DNA of 63,979 bases, counting the filler, from Octopus bimaculoides (Eukaryota), in the NCBI RefSeq assembly GCF_001194135.2. It is 7 parts of 7 records of this genome, joined end to end, with 100 filler letters (N's around TTAATTAATTAA, not from the genome) between each part and the next. Parts side by side here need not be neighbours in the genome. Positions count along the whole stretch, not along the records: positions 24,500 to 39,101 come from NC_068987.1; 6 more parts are not named here. One strand, given 5' to 3'. Position 1 is the first letter of the stretch; every line of letters begins with the position of its first letter. The notes beneath the pieces are model-generated. The model was not told where the DNA came from. It saw only the letters and a program-made list of their open reading frames with translations, and made no database searches. Shown here piece after piece: positions 25,803 to 39,101 of the stretch. The translations under genes were made by a program, and so were the position numbers.

Positions 25803-26899
25803 ATCTAGATGGATGGCTGACTGGCTGGCTGACTGGCTGGGTGGCTGGGTGGGTGGCTGGGTGGCTGGGTGGCTGGCTGGGTGGCTGGGTGGCTGGATTG
25901 ACAGATAGCTAGCTAGCTAGATAGATAGACATACAGACAGATATACAGACAAATAGACATACAGACAGGCAAACAGACAGATAAACTGACAGAGAGATTC
26001 TGTGCTGAATTATATGGTGTACAGTATTACAGTTGACACATATATTCTCTTCATTGCCCAATCTATTTCTTATATCTGCTGTTGTTTAGCTCCCAACTGT
26101 ACTTTGATTGATCAGACCGTATGATCAAAAGAATTCCTAACTGTGAGTACCCTATGTTATTCTTCTAAGTATAGTGTTTACACCACAGCTTCAGATCAAC
26201 TCCTCTCAGGCAAGGAACATCATCCTCATTATTGTCATCATTTAACGTCTGCTTTCCATGCTGGCATGAGTTGGACAGTTTGACTGAGGGCTGGCAAGCC
26301 ATAAAAGGCTGCACCAAGTTCCAATCCGATCTGGCAATGTTTCTACAGCTGGATGCCCTTCCTAATGGGTACTTTTTACATAGCACTGGCATATGGGCCA
26401 GTCAGATGGTACTGGTATTAGCCCCACTAAAGGTTCAAATTTTGCTGGATTGGTAACAGAGTTGGAATTGGTTTAGTAGACATATTATTGACAGATAAAT
26501 AAATAAAGTAATTGAGGTAATCAGAGTATGAAGCAGAATAATTAAGCTTAGACTAGTCATGAGCAACATAACTGCAAGCAACTTTACATATGCACCACAA
26601 TAAGGACTGAATGAGGAACAAAATGACCGTTTCTATAAGGCCCTCTTGCAGACTGTCTTCATAACAGATGGAAACCATTTCAATATCATACATAGCTTGT
26701 ATCTTTAATGGAAATATTAGGTAATGTTACGATGGATATTTCATTGTGCAAGACATGTAAATCATGGTGCACAGAATTAAGAGAATGCAAGGTAACTGGA
26801 TTTCTACAACGTAAATGACTAACCATTTGAAACACTAACCCCAGATAACCAGTCTGTTACTTAATCTTCTACTATACAGATGAGCATGCAAGTCAAATA

Positions 26900-29125
26900 G
26901 GCTTCATACTCACCAGGAAAAGGATAGATAGAGGGTTGTGATTACTAAGTATTTCTCTAGTGAAGAATGTTCCATTCTATAAAGACTAGTGATGTCAGAG
27001 TGAGAGCTAGATGGACTCTTAGACACAAAACAATTAAGAGAAGGAAGGCATAAAAGATGAAACATGTTGCTGGTAGATGTGTATGTTGAGAAGGAAGATG
27101 AGATAAACCCATAATTTATAAAAGTTAAGTGAGAGCTTTTGTGAGGCAACCAGCTGCATGCCATTGATAGGATTTGTGGTTTGAGAAAGATTGCAGCTGG
27201 CAGAAAGTAACATGGTGATAGAATTGTAGGGCAAATAGGGAAATAAAAACTGAGAGGCCTGGAAAGAATGGAAATAAGTGGGAGCAAGACATTATGTTTT
27301 CTTAACAAGGATAAAAACAAAAAGTAAAAGGCTTTTCTATTTTCTGAGGATCAGGGGCATGGAATGTTCCACACAGCAAAGCAGTGTATTGGTTTGAATC
27401 AGAATGTCATTGGTGAAAGTATGTATGAAATGATAGTGATGCACTCACTCTGAAAAAAGAGAGTGGAAATGCTGTGACAAGGAAATGCTGTGACAAAGAA
27501 ATGCTGAAGGAGAAGAATACTTGTGAAAGACAAGGACAATCATATTCAGGCCCCACAGTGCGAACCAGATGTTGAAATTGAAAGTTGTCTGGTCAGAAGG
27601 CCATTAAGGATTAAAAGGCAAGGAAAACAGCTAGGACCTAAAGAATAGTCACTGAGGTGCTGGAAATATCTGGTGAAGCAGGATACATAGTAATGAAGTA
27701 ATATAGGAAGGAGTTATTTCAAGTGACTTATATAACATAACCATTAGTTGCTACAATAGCACAAGGAGATGCTTTAGAGGCACCAAACTGATGATGAACT
27801 GATTGCATGTAAGTAACAGAGTTATAGCACAACTAATTCAGATAAAAATTAGCTTAGATGAGAAAAAGATTGAATTAGAGTGATGTACCACCAATGCCTT
27901 CTTCTTAGTGAGACAACTACAGGAAAAGTATGCCAGTATAATCAGCATTCATTGAACTGGAGAAGGCTTTGACCAGGTACACAATTAGTTTGATAATTGC
28001 TAAGAAAATCAAGTGTAGGTGAATGCCTAGTGAGAGATATTCAAGCCATGAAGAACTCTGCTATTAGCAAAGTGAGTTCAGTGAGAAATTGAGCATGCAG
28101 ATAAATGGTCGTCAGGACTTGGTTCTCAGCCCTTTTAGTTTATTACTGCTCTTCAGGTAGTAAAAGCTTAACATTGGTTGTTCAGAGGAACTTCTGTATA
28201 ATGATGTCTTAGTGCACTTATCTGAATATGTTGAAGAATTAGAGAAGAAATTCAAAATGAGACAAAATCTAGAGCTGAGAAGTCAAGTTGCAATATAAAC
28301 CTAGCAAAGGGCAAAGTTTTAGTCAGCCTGGATAAAAAGATAGGATTGTACTTGCTATCTGGAAAAGAACCATGCTCAATATGCAGAATGGATTAGGTAT
28401 AAATGCTATTTGATGTATACAGTGTAAACTATGGTTGTGCAAGAGATGCATTGGAATCGGAGGCAGGCTGACAGAAAAGTTGTATTTCCTATGAAGCAGA
28501 TGTGCTGAAATAATTAAAGTAATTAACAGTAAGAGCATCTATAAAGCAAATTCTATCAAATGCTCTGAGGATTCCATAGAAATAGTCAATAGCTTCTGCT
28601 ACTCAGTCAATCAATTTAGCAGTGGAGTAAGGTGTTCCAAAAGTATAGCAGCAAAAGTAAGAACATGCGCTGGGGATATTCAAGGAAGCATTACCTCCGA
28701 TGGCAATAAAAGGATTCTCTTTATGAGTGAAGAACAAATTAAATGTACTTGTGCTTGTGTATGAAGGGCACTGTTGCCTGTTGCATGGTAGCAAAACCGA
28801 ATATAGAGGATGTGCATGAAAGTTAGAAAGGAATAAAACAGCCATGCTCTATTGAATGTCAGTGTGTATGAACCATGGAGCACAAAATGAACTGAGAGGA
28901 AAACTTTATAAGAGAAATCAGATGTATTCAAGGAAGAAGAACTGGAATGGGGGTATGAAAGACCATTGTTTGAAGGACCCATGGAGATCAGTGAAAATGT
29001 GAGAAGTGGTGAAAGCTGATCTCAGGAAAACTGAATCATATGGAAAGAAATGGCAAGACACAGTGCTGGAGAAAACTTATTCAACCCATACAAGTATGGG
29101 AAACAGACATTTAAATGATGATGAT
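26900..29125 (+). pseudogene. Long, heavily decayed RTE LINE ending in the (GAT)n-type tail
   Basis: ~27600-27700 aligns by eye with the KTGKAPGPSGITAEMLKISG region of ORF 38736. The 3' end CCATACAAGTATGGGAAACAGACATTTAAATGATGATGAT matches the shared tail. Confidence 0.65.
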
Positions 29126-29290
29126 GAGGAGGAGAAGGAGGATGAAGTGGATGATAATGATGAGGAGGAGGAGGAGGAGGAGGAGAAGGATGACGACGAC
29201 GATGATGACAACACAATAACGACGATGATTATGACAATGACAATGACGAGGATGAGGATGAGAATAACAATAATGATGATGATGATGATA
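29117..29290. repeat. (GAT)/(GAG)n compound microsatellite
   Basis: Direct reading; explains the poly-D/E/H/I ORFs here. Confidence 0.95.
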
Positions 29291-30182
29291 TAAAACAACA
29301 ATAAATAAAGCAAAATGAAAATTGAAGGTATTTTTGTTATTTGTTGTTCTGGAAAAACCTGACTGAGTGATGGTGATTGTGGCTGTCAAATCTCTAGGAT
29401 TCAATACCTACAGCTTCTTCAGTAGAGGAAATGTTAAAGACAAAATAAATGGGAATTCTTCTAAAAGCAGATCCAAATAATAGTTCATCAAAACTGCTCA
29501 ATATAAAATAGAAACAGTTTGTCTATTTTTATGGACTTTTATAGTATAATACAAAGCCACCCATCTTGAAACACACAGATTTATAGTAAGGTTATCAAAA
29601 TGGGGATTTATAAAATCAATAACATTGATTTTTATTTTTAGCAAGGGAGATTGTAGTCTAGCAAGAATTCATTATTCTTCTTCAATTCTCTGCTGCCAAT
29701 GAATGTTCTTCACCACTTTTGATTACTGGTTAGATTCCTGTGTTGTCATGAAATATTTTCTGATAACTCTATAATATTGATTGAAATAGCCAGTGTTTCT
29801 TATCATTTAGTTTGTGTGTGTGCTTTTAATAATATTATATCGATAGTTTTTCTTGTCTATGCATATATAACAACACTTATTTACGACTAACTCTTCTTGA
29901 GTGCATCCAGTATTATTGGTTGTGAAAGGAATATCATCTCTTCTCTGAATATTGACATCTTCCTAATGATTTATAAAACTCCTGTCAACAGTTCGAAGAA
30001 TTCTCAAAGTTTTAGAAACAAAACTAGAACTTTTATTGTATTACTTTGGCCTGTAAATGTATTTCACAAAAGCATGCCAACTTCAAATAAAATTTATCTA
30101 ACATTATGGCTTATTTAGCAAATGAGCAAATATTTGCAATGTATATTTTTCTGCCTTATAAAAGTTAATTTTTATCATTCAA

Positions 30183-30383
30183 CCCTTTTTTTTTTTACAT
30201 GGCCATTGTTGCAATTCATTTTGAAAATAGTAAAAGGCTTAATAAAATAACTGTCACAAACTGGTGTTTGGAACATAAATCAACATGGATGTTTGATGGA
30301 AGGCTATAATTTAGATCTCTTTAAAACATGAAACTTGTATCATAGCACTAGGAGTAGTCTCAGGTAGTTTGGCACCAAAAGGA
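30183..30383. mobile_element. Possible piggyBac-type MITE
   Basis: TCAA then CCCTTTT at the left end; AAAAGGA then TTAA at the right end. The ends are degenerate. Confidence 0.35.
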
Positions 30384-30688
30384 TTAAATATACGATAAAT
30401 GATTCAGGTAAATTTTTATGTGATTGTTGTTGCTATTATTGTTGTTATATAGCTCTGTTCAATTTTGTTCAATCCTGATTGAGCATATACATAAGTAGTT
30501 GAACATCTGGTTGAAGACATGCAATAATTTGTTGTGTCAGGAACAGTTTGGCAGTCTGGGAGTGCAATGTTTCTTCTGTTGTCCGATCTGTATATACCCA
30601 AGTTCTGTTGGAAGCCATAGAAGAGGCAGGTAAGGAAACATCTTCAGAGTATGATAGTTTCTTTTTACTGTATTTTGTTCAGGTGATA

Positions 30689-30850
30689 GATGCAGGCGTG
30701 GCTGTGTTGTTAAGAACTTCACTTCCCAAACACATGGTTTTGGGTTCAGTCTTACTGCTAAGCACTTTGAGCAAGTGTCTTCATCTATAGCCTTGGGCTG
30801 ACCAAAACCTTGTCAGTGGACCTGGAAGCTGTAAGAAGTCGATTGTACGT
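30689..30850 (+). mobile_element. SINE head and core fragment (family of 34300-34722)
   Basis: GCAGGCGTGGCTGTGTTGTTAAG..GGTTCAGTC..TTGAGCAAGTGTCTTC. Confidence 0.7.
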
Positions 30851-31174
30851 GTGTATGTGTGTGCATGTGTGTATGTATGTGCATGCGTGTGTAAATGTGT
30901 GGCTGTATGTGTGCATGGGTATATGTGCGTTTATTTTGACATCTCTCAATAGTTGTAAACAAGCGTCACTGTTATACAAGCAGTGTCCTTCATTTCAAAT
31001 CTTCCATGAAAACAAGTCTGGCCTTGAAGAAATATTAACTTGCTTGGAAACAGTTGAGGGTTTGCGATTGGAAAAGCATCAAGCTATAGAAAATCTGCCT
31101 CAGTAGTTTCTATCTGACTCCTGCAAGCATGGAAAAGTGGACATTAAAACAACAATGATAATGATGACGACAAC

Positions 31175-31212
<38 letters not shown>

Positions 31213-31223
31213 GGATGAGGATA

Positions 31224-31270
<47 letters not shown>

Positions 31271-31645
31271 TGATAATGACAATGCTGATGCCTCTAAGTA
31301 CAACATATGAAAGTAATGAGACCCAGTTATTTTGCGTCAGCAAGTCAGTGTATCTAGAGTAAGTTCTTCAAGTGGACCCTGTGCCTCTCCAAGAGAAGAA
31401 TTTCAATATAAATTGTAAAGTGACAAAACTCAATTCACCAATTATACACTGTACTCATTTCTTACTTCAGTAACTTCTACATGTAGCATTTGTTTGCAGA
31501 AGATCTTGCAAAATCATTTGATCGTGGATTTAAAGCAGTGCTGCTATGGTACAACATTAAATGCTTGACTTTTTAAACAGTTCATCAGGCATTTTATCAT
31601 CTTGGATGTCTAAGCCCCAATTCTGATGTACCTTCTACCTTTTGT

Positions 31646-32058
31646 TTTTTACTTTTTACCTCGTTCACTCATTGAACTGCAGCCATGGCAAGGCACCACC
31701 TTGAAAAGTTTAGTCAAACAAATCTTCCTCTGTACATATTTTGAAATCCTGGTACTTATTCTATTGGTCTCTGTTGATGAAATGCTAAGTTATGGGGATG
31801 TAAACTACCAACAGTGGTTACTGAGTGGTGGTGGTGGAAGTCAAACACAAACATAGCCACACACAAACACACATATACATGCAAACACACACACATATGC
31901 TCACACGCACACACAGGCATACACACACATACATACACACACATGCACATACACATGCACACATACATGCACATGCATGCACATGCACACGCATGCACAC
32001 GCACACGCATGTACATGCACACACAGGCATGCATATGCACACACATGTATACACATAT

Positions 32059-32094
<36 letters not shown>

Positions 32095-32197
32095 CAGGCT
32101 TCTTTCAAATTCCATCTACTGAATTCTTTCACTAAAATTTGTTAGGCTTGGGGTTATAGAAGAAGACACTTGCTGAAAATGCTCTGTAATGAGATTA
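31646..32197 (-). mobile_element. Decayed SINE (family of 34300-34722) with an expanded internal (CA)/(CATG) repeat
   Basis: The tail, stem-loop and core segments are in the same order as in 5362-5772. Confidence 0.65.
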
Positions 32198-33744
32198 ACA
32201 TATTTGTGATAAATTATGGAAGCCTTTAATCAGAATACTGTTGAACAATTATATATATATGTCACGTCTACTTCTGCAACAACTATATTGGTTATTTTAA
32301 ACCTGTTAGCTGAAGTTTACTATGATGTAATTATTTTAAATAGCAATCTATATATCATACTAAATGCAGATATGTCATGGAAAGCATATTAATTGTGGTG
32401 TTCAATCTGAGATAATATCTCTTATGGACAAACTGTGTTAAAAAAAACACCAAAATATATTATTAGCTAATGAATATCATCCAGTAGTGGGGGTATTATA
32501 TCTAGATGTGCATTTCTACTTGCCTGAGCTTCATCAATAGCAAGTATCCACAAGCAATCACATGCTATGTCAAAATCGATTGTCACTGATGTAAGAAAAC
32601 AGTGACTGAAAAATCACTGTTGCTGCAATTAGCCAGCCAGCTAAATAAAAATTTGTTATGAGAAACAGAAGCAGTTTTAGTTTAAAATAGCATGCTGTGT
32701 ATCATAGAGAATGCAGATACCTCACAGAAAACTAAATTTACTGTGACGTTTGTCTTGAGATAATATCTCTTATAGATGTACTAGGATTGGTTTTTATCTG
32801 ATATTAGTTGTGTTCCAGCCTCAAGGATAATGTCACTGTTGTACAGTAAATGCTAAATTCATTCCACTCATCATCATCATCCATTGATGTGGCTGAACAA
32901 CCAATCTCACTCAGTTGGGATTCATGGTATGGATTTTACTATTCATCTTTTTTGATTGCTGAATATAAAATGTGGTCTGCGAAACCCCCATTCATGCAAT
33001 TTTCCTGAGTCACCATCTCACCCTTGCAAGCTGATCTGTCATAAGGTGGGCCATTTACAACAGAATGGCTGGGGACAATGTAAAAAAAGGAAGTGTTTTT
33101 GCTCAAAAACACAATGTATAGCTAGCCTGGGAATTGAAACCATGATCTTGCGATTGCCTTCATGCCACTAACAATTTACTGAGTGTTTTCATTATCACAT
33201 GTAAAAACAGGTAAATCTCATCAGTACTCAACAAAATTTAGTCATTTTTCATATCGAATGAATGCCCATTATACTGGAAATTTCCTTACGTGCTGCTAAC
33301 AAAAACCTTTCTATTTTTTGGCCTCTCTCTTTCTCTCCCCACCTCTCTCTCTATCTCTCACTCTCCTTCGCTTTTTGCCCACACTCATACATATGCACAC
33401 ATCTATATGCACACACATGCACCCACACACATACATAAGGCTTTACTTTTATCTTTCCAATCTGTGTTGTTATTATCCAAACCACCGCAATAATTTACTT
33501 CTAAATCTTTTAATAAGGATTTTTCATAATTCCTTATTAGTCCCCTATATTTTGTTCATTTAATCTATATCATATTTTCATATCGATGTTTGACAGGATT
33601 TTAATGCCTGCATCCAAATTAGGTTTGCTGATGTATACTTAGCTTCATATCGGCTCAAACACCAGCATTGATGAAGGGTTTAGATGAAAGTAGAATAGTT
33701 ACTGAGGTATAAGTACACATTTATGCATGCGCATAAGCATGTAA

Positions 33745-33960
33745 AACCTCCTCCTCCTCCTCCTCCTCATCATCATCATTATCATTATTCTCATTATCAT
33801 CATCGTTACCAATACCACCGCCACCACCACCACCACTATCATCATCATCATCATCATCATCGTCATCATCACCACCACCACCACCACCACCACCACCATT
33901 GTCATCACCATTATTTCTTTTATTTGCCATGAGCGCAATAACAACAACAATAATAATAAT
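33745..33960. repeat. (CCT)/(CAT)/(CAC)/(AAT)n compound microsatellite
   Basis: Direct reading of the sequence. Confidence 0.95.
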
Positions 33961-34299
33961 GATTTCTTTTATTGGCTACAAGTGCCCAAAACATGGAGAA
34001 CAATATTGAAGGACAAGTTACAGCACAAAAAAAATTACAAAAAAAACAAAAACAAAAACATGTGTGGGTTTACATCTATGAAGGGGAGATACTACCTCAT
34101 TAAAGGATATAACAGAGAACATAAAATAGAAAATAGAGATATAGATAATAAATAAATAAATAAATAAGCAGAATCCCCAATAGTGGGGCAGTCCATTTAG
34201 GACAATCTGAGGTAAATCCCACTCAAAAACCCCATAAAGCATCTCCAATGTATGGGAAAGTGCCCTCTTCCAGTTTCATTCCTCTGGCTTCAGTCTATA

Positions 34300-34722
34300 G
34301 GCGCAGGAGTGGCTGTGTAGTAAGTAGCTTGCTTACTAACCACATGGTTCCAGGTTCAGTTCCCACTGCATGGCACTTTGGGCAAGTGTCTTCTACTATA
34401 GCCTCGGGCCAACCAAAGCCTTGTGAGTGGATTTGGTAAACAGAAATTGAAAGAAGCCCGTTGTATATATGCATGTGTGTGTATATGTTTGTGTGTCTGT
34501 GTTTGTCTCCCCAAGATAGCTTGACAACCGATGCTGGTGTGTTTATGTCCCCATAACTTAGCAGTTCAGCAAAAGAGACCGATAGAATAAGTACTAGGCT
34601 TCCAAAGTATAAGTCCTCAGGTCGATTTGCTCGACTAAAAGTGGTGCTCCAGCATGGCTGCAATCAAATGACTGAAACAACTAAAAGAGTAAAAGAATAA
34701 GAGAGTAAGAGAATAAAAGAGT
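34300..34722 (+). mobile_element. Full-length tRNA-head/CORE-like SINE with (GAGTAAAA)n tail
   Basis: Starts GGCGCAGGAGTGGCTGTGTAGTAAG, has a B-box GGTTCAGTTCC and core GGCACTTTGGGCAAGTGTCTTCTAC, then the tail. 3' halves also occur at ~45600-45812 and ~48660-48880, and a copy at ~53985-54350. Confidence 0.85.
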
Positions 34723-34724
34723 CT

Positions 34725-35075
34725 CACCAGTCTTGCCACTGTCGACCACCTTTTTGATAAGCACACTAGAAGGCAGTACCTCCCTCTCTACCCTTACCTT
34801 CCTCTTCAAATGAAATTTGAAGAAATTGATGAGGGCTTGACCAGATAGGAATGTACCTGTCTTCAAACCGTTCAGATGGGTTCATCACACAGCCTTTTTT
34901 GCCACAGCCACTAAGCAGAGAAAGATCTATCTTCCTTCTCTGCTAAGGAAAGGTGGTGCATCGATCTTCCCTATACACTCAGCAGACTGCTGGCTTCATC
35001 TTACACACAACAACAGCTGCTCCACACAATTCCACAACTCTCTAATGCATGGACACTGAATTATTGCATGCAGGG
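34725..35075 (-). pseudogene. L1/Tx1-like LINE C-terminal fragment
   Basis: ETALHAIIQCP..RELWNCVEQLL resembles the end of a CCHC knuckle, followed by FLSGQALINFFKFHLKRKVRVERE. Confidence 0.45.
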
Positions 35076-35172
35076 CGGTTTCATACATACATACACACAC
35101 ACATACATACATACATACATGCATGCATACATACATACATACATACATACATACATACAAACATACATACAT

Positions 35173-35555
35173 GATGGCCATCCACTCGTGACCGAGGAAG
35201 ACCATTGCCGACCTTCAGGAACATTGTGTGCTCTAGGACTAACTTATATTTTGCATTTGCAGCTCTGTTGGTAGCTAATGAGCCCTGCTCTTGACAAGTA
35301 TACACAACTGCAAACATTGCAGACCAAGCTTTCCCCATTCCCTATATGAGCTGTGCGCTTTCGCAAAGCTTGCTTAAGTTCTTCATGCTGGATACGAGCT
35401 CTCTCAAAAGTGTCAATCCCCTCCTTAACCTGCTTCCTCCATCCGTGGCAATGACAGGCATTGTTCTCCCAGTCAGTGTCCTGCATATCATAGGCCTTTA
35501 ATAAAGACTTGACACAGTCCTTAAATCGCAGCCTTGGTTTCTGCCGGTGTCTCCT
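35173..35555 (-). mobile_element. RTE-BovB-like LINE 3' end with a C-terminal zinc finger, embedded in (TACA)n
   Basis: KPRLRFKDCVK..DWE..WRKQVKEG..FE..CNVCSCVYLSRAGLISY (ORF 35244-35579). (TACA)n lies on both sides. Confidence 0.8.
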
Positions 35556-35558
35556 ACA

Positions 35559-35589
<31 letters not shown>

Positions 35590-35778
35590 CATGAACTAAT
35601 CATTACTTGCTCAGAAGCAGCACAAAGTTTTGTCAGTGAACAGGTTGCAGTTTCAAAGCGATGAAAATATTTTGATGCAAATGAAATTTAAATGTTGAAG
35701 TGAAACTAATGGTTTTTTGTGTGTTCTTGAATGGCTTACAAACATCTTCCATGCTGCAATCTTTCTATTCTCAGTAGG

Positions 35779-36190
35779 ACATTTCATACCACGATGACAA
35801 TGACATCACATTTTGTATATGACCGTGTATCTGTCTGTCAGTGTATGTGTGTAAGTGTATGAGTGTGTATATGTCTCATAGTGTGTGTGTATCTTTCTGT
35901 GTTCGGTACATTATTAAATCCACATCTACACATACATATACATATGTAATGACTGGCAGGTATATCTCTTTGAGGCTATCTTAGTATATGTATGTGAGTG
36001 TATATCAAAAACATTTTATACCATGACAATGTCACATTTTGTATATGAGTGTATGTCTGTCTGTGAGTGTATGAGTGTGTATGTGTCTGTGAGTGTGCGT
36101 GTGTTTCCGTGTTACGTACATTATGAAACACACACACACACACACATCTACACATACATATACATGTCATGACTGACATACCTGAATGCA
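35779..36190. repeat. Imperfect tandem duplication, ~232-bp period
   Basis: ACATTT(C/T)ATACC..GACAATG..CACATTTTGTATATGA starts at 35779 and again at 36011. Confidence 0.75.
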
Positions 36191-36359
36191 TGTATGTAAG
36201 TGCTAGAGGTGAAGCTCTTCAAAAAAGAAAAACAATGAGGTGGCAAGGTCCAAGGTGTATATAAAAATACACATTTACTATTCCATTACCAGTTAACAAT
36301 TACCGCAGCAGTTACAAGGTATTTACAATTACATATTTACCTTTACATTAAAAAATTTA

Positions 36360-36360
36360 T

Positions 36361-36397
<37 letters not shown>

Positions 36398-36963
36398 TTG
36401 TCTCTCTGAAATAATTATTGTGTCATTTGCTTATATTTCATTAATTTACACTGCATACAAAAATACAGACATACTATATACATACCACATGGCAAGCCAT
36501 TATGCCTTGTTTTTACAAGTAATTCATTACTACATATTTTCATGTGACTGCATAGGCTCACTTTATGCTTCTTATTTTACAGCAATCCAATGTCAACCTG
36601 TTGCCTTCTGCAACATTTCAACACTTCACCGTTGCCCTCTCCCATTGTAGCCCATTTCCGTAATGTACCCATTTACATACAATATCTCCATTACACTTCC
36701 ATTCATTGACTGTCAATCATATGATGGGTCGTGTTAGACACAGCACTGACCACCTCAAAGGTGAGTATATCCACTGACATCTCTTTGGTAGGTTCAAAAA
36801 TTACATACCCCACGACTCACAATTTTCCACGATAGATTAGGGCCTGGAATCCTCCAAACAGACATATTACATGTCACTTAGTCGGATTAGACCATCATTT
36901 ACTCGACAAATGCTTTGTTGTCAATTGCTGCACTTTCCCGTATCACCTGTTTCAACATAACTG

Positions 36964-37006
<43 letters not shown>

Positions 37007-37050
37007 AACTATGCCATTTTAATCCCAAACAACGCCGGGTGTCTCTGCTA

Positions 37051-37051
<1 letters not shown>
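36360..37051 (+). mobile_element. Non-autonomous Helitron
   Basis: Preceded by A, starts TCCTATATATA, and ends CCCAAACAACGCCGGGTGTCTCTGCTAG followed by T. These are canonical A/TC..CTAG/T ends with a subterminal hairpin. Confidence 0.6.
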
Positions 37052-37092
<41 letters not shown>

Positions 37093-37136
37093 GTAATAAC
37101 AATAATAACATTAATAACAATAATAACAATAATAAT

Positions 37137-38710
37137 GAAATTGTCCATGCATTTTTTTCTTTACCCATCTATTTTCAGTTTCAATCATTTTCAATTGCTT
37201 GTACAGTGCTTTACCTTTGCAATCTTCATCCTACACAAGCCTGACCTTCTTACTTCTAATAATAGCAGCTCTGTGGCATTTTTTACATACCATGCTATGT
37301 TGTTTTCTTCTGCTCTAATGCTGTGTTCACATCCAATAAGTCCTCTTCCCTCTCTTTTTCTTGGTACATGTCTGTCAGTGTCAATTTTTGGGTGGAGTGT
37401 CCCATATCTAGTTAGCAACTTCCTTATCTGTCTGTCTAAGCCGTTTAGTTCGTCTACTGTCCATATGATTACCCCTGCTCCATATCTAAGGAGTGAAACT
37501 GCCCAGGCATTGATAGCTTCAATCTTATTCCGTCCGTTTAATTTTGACTTAAGGATCAGTCTCAGTCTGTGCAAGTACTCCACCTTAAATGGACAATTTC
37601 ATAGGGATGTTGAAGATAAGACAGACAGAAAAAAGATGGCTGTAAATGACTAAAAGTGATTTAAAACCAGAAACGGAGGCTCTAATCTGTGCTGCCTAAG
37701 AGCAAGCACGAAGAACAAACTACATAAAATACAGAGTAGACAACACATCAGAAAGTGATGGAAATGGGAAAAACCACCTCCTGCAACTTCTTTCATTCAC
37801 TACATCATCCCCATAAGTGCTATGAATAGATATTGCTGCGTAGAGTAAAACATTTCCTATGTGATCTTTAGATGGGACAAACATGGTGGTAAAATTTTCT
37901 ATGAATTAATGTCAGAAGTTAGATAATCTGAAAGAAAATAGTACAAATTAGACTCAGAGATATCTTAAAACTATAAGAAGAAGTTTAAAAATTGATTAAT
38001 TCGCTCTGAAACATTTTTTCTAGAAATTGGACAGTACTTTTGCACCAATCTGATAGATTCCCAATGTAGATTATGCAAATCAAAAGAGGAAAGTGTTATT
38101 CAAACAGTAAATGAATGTAGCATGCTGGCACAGAAATAATACAAGAAAAGACATAACGATCTAGGAAGAGCAATCCACTGGGAGCTATGCAGAAAGCTAG
38201 GAGTTGAACATATTGATAAATGGTATGAACATGAACTTAGTAAAGTACTAGAAAGTAAGAAATACAAGATGTAGTGGAACATTAATAGTCAAACTGACTG
38301 AGTAATAGAAGCTAGACAGCCTGATTTGGTAGTAGTCGTAGTAGATAAAGAGAGTAGAAAGTGCCAGATAATTGATTTTACAGTCCTAAATGATGAAAAA
38401 ATTAATACAAGAGGAATAGAAAAAATAGCAAATTACAAGGACCTAGCTATTGAATTACAAAGACTATGAAAAGTGTGGGTAAGATGTATCTATAGGTGCA
38501 TTGGGAACTATCCCTAAAGATCTGAACAGATCAATAGAGGAAATAGGCATAAAACCCAGTTTAGTACAGCTGCAGAAAACAGTTTTATTAGGGACAGCTA
38601 GGATACTTAGAAGGGTTCTTGGCATCTAAGGCTACTTGTTGTAGCCTGATGTTAGGATTCTTTTCTTTTCCAACAGTCTAATCTGTTGAGTGTATATGAA
38701 AATAATAATC
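37137..38710 (+). mobile_element. R4/Dong-clade LINE (RLE endonuclease) 3' part with an inverted 5' segment (37137-37589 on the minus strand)
   Basis: Minus: EYLHRLRLILKSKLNGRNKIEAINAWAVSLLRYGAG..EGRGLIG. Plus: GQFHRDVED, LKPETEALICAA, CRLC..RHN..IHWELC, ARQPDLVVV..CQIIDF and QKTVLLGTARILRRVL. Flanked by (AAT)n. Confidence 0.85.
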
Positions 38711-38717
38711 ATGAGGA

Positions 38718-39101
38718 GATAAAGCAATTAAGAGTATGAAGACAGGGAAAGCCCCCGGCCCATCAGGAATCACTGCAGAGATGCTCAAAATATCTGGCAG
38801 TGTTGGCTACAGCCTAGTCACCCGTATTACGAACCAGGTGATACACGAAGGAGTCATACCCAATGACTGGTGTAGCAGCACCATAGTAAACTGCTACAAG
38901 GGTAAAGGTGACGCTTTAGATACTAATAATTACAGAGGCATCAAGCTGTTAGATCAGGTTATGAAAGTTACGGAGAGGGTCATAGCCCAACTAATTAGGG
39001 AGCGAATCAATTTAGATGAGATGCAGTTTGGGTTCGTGCCAGGTAAAAGCACCACTGATGCCATATTTCTAGTGAGACAGCTGCAGGAGAAATATCTAGC
39101 C
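38718..39101 (+). mobile_element. Uninterrupted RTE LINE RT fragment, cut by a spacer
   Basis: MKTGKAPGPSGITAEMLK..YKGKGDALDTNNYRGIKLL..QFGFVPGKSTTDAIFLVRQLQEKY. Confidence 0.95.
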
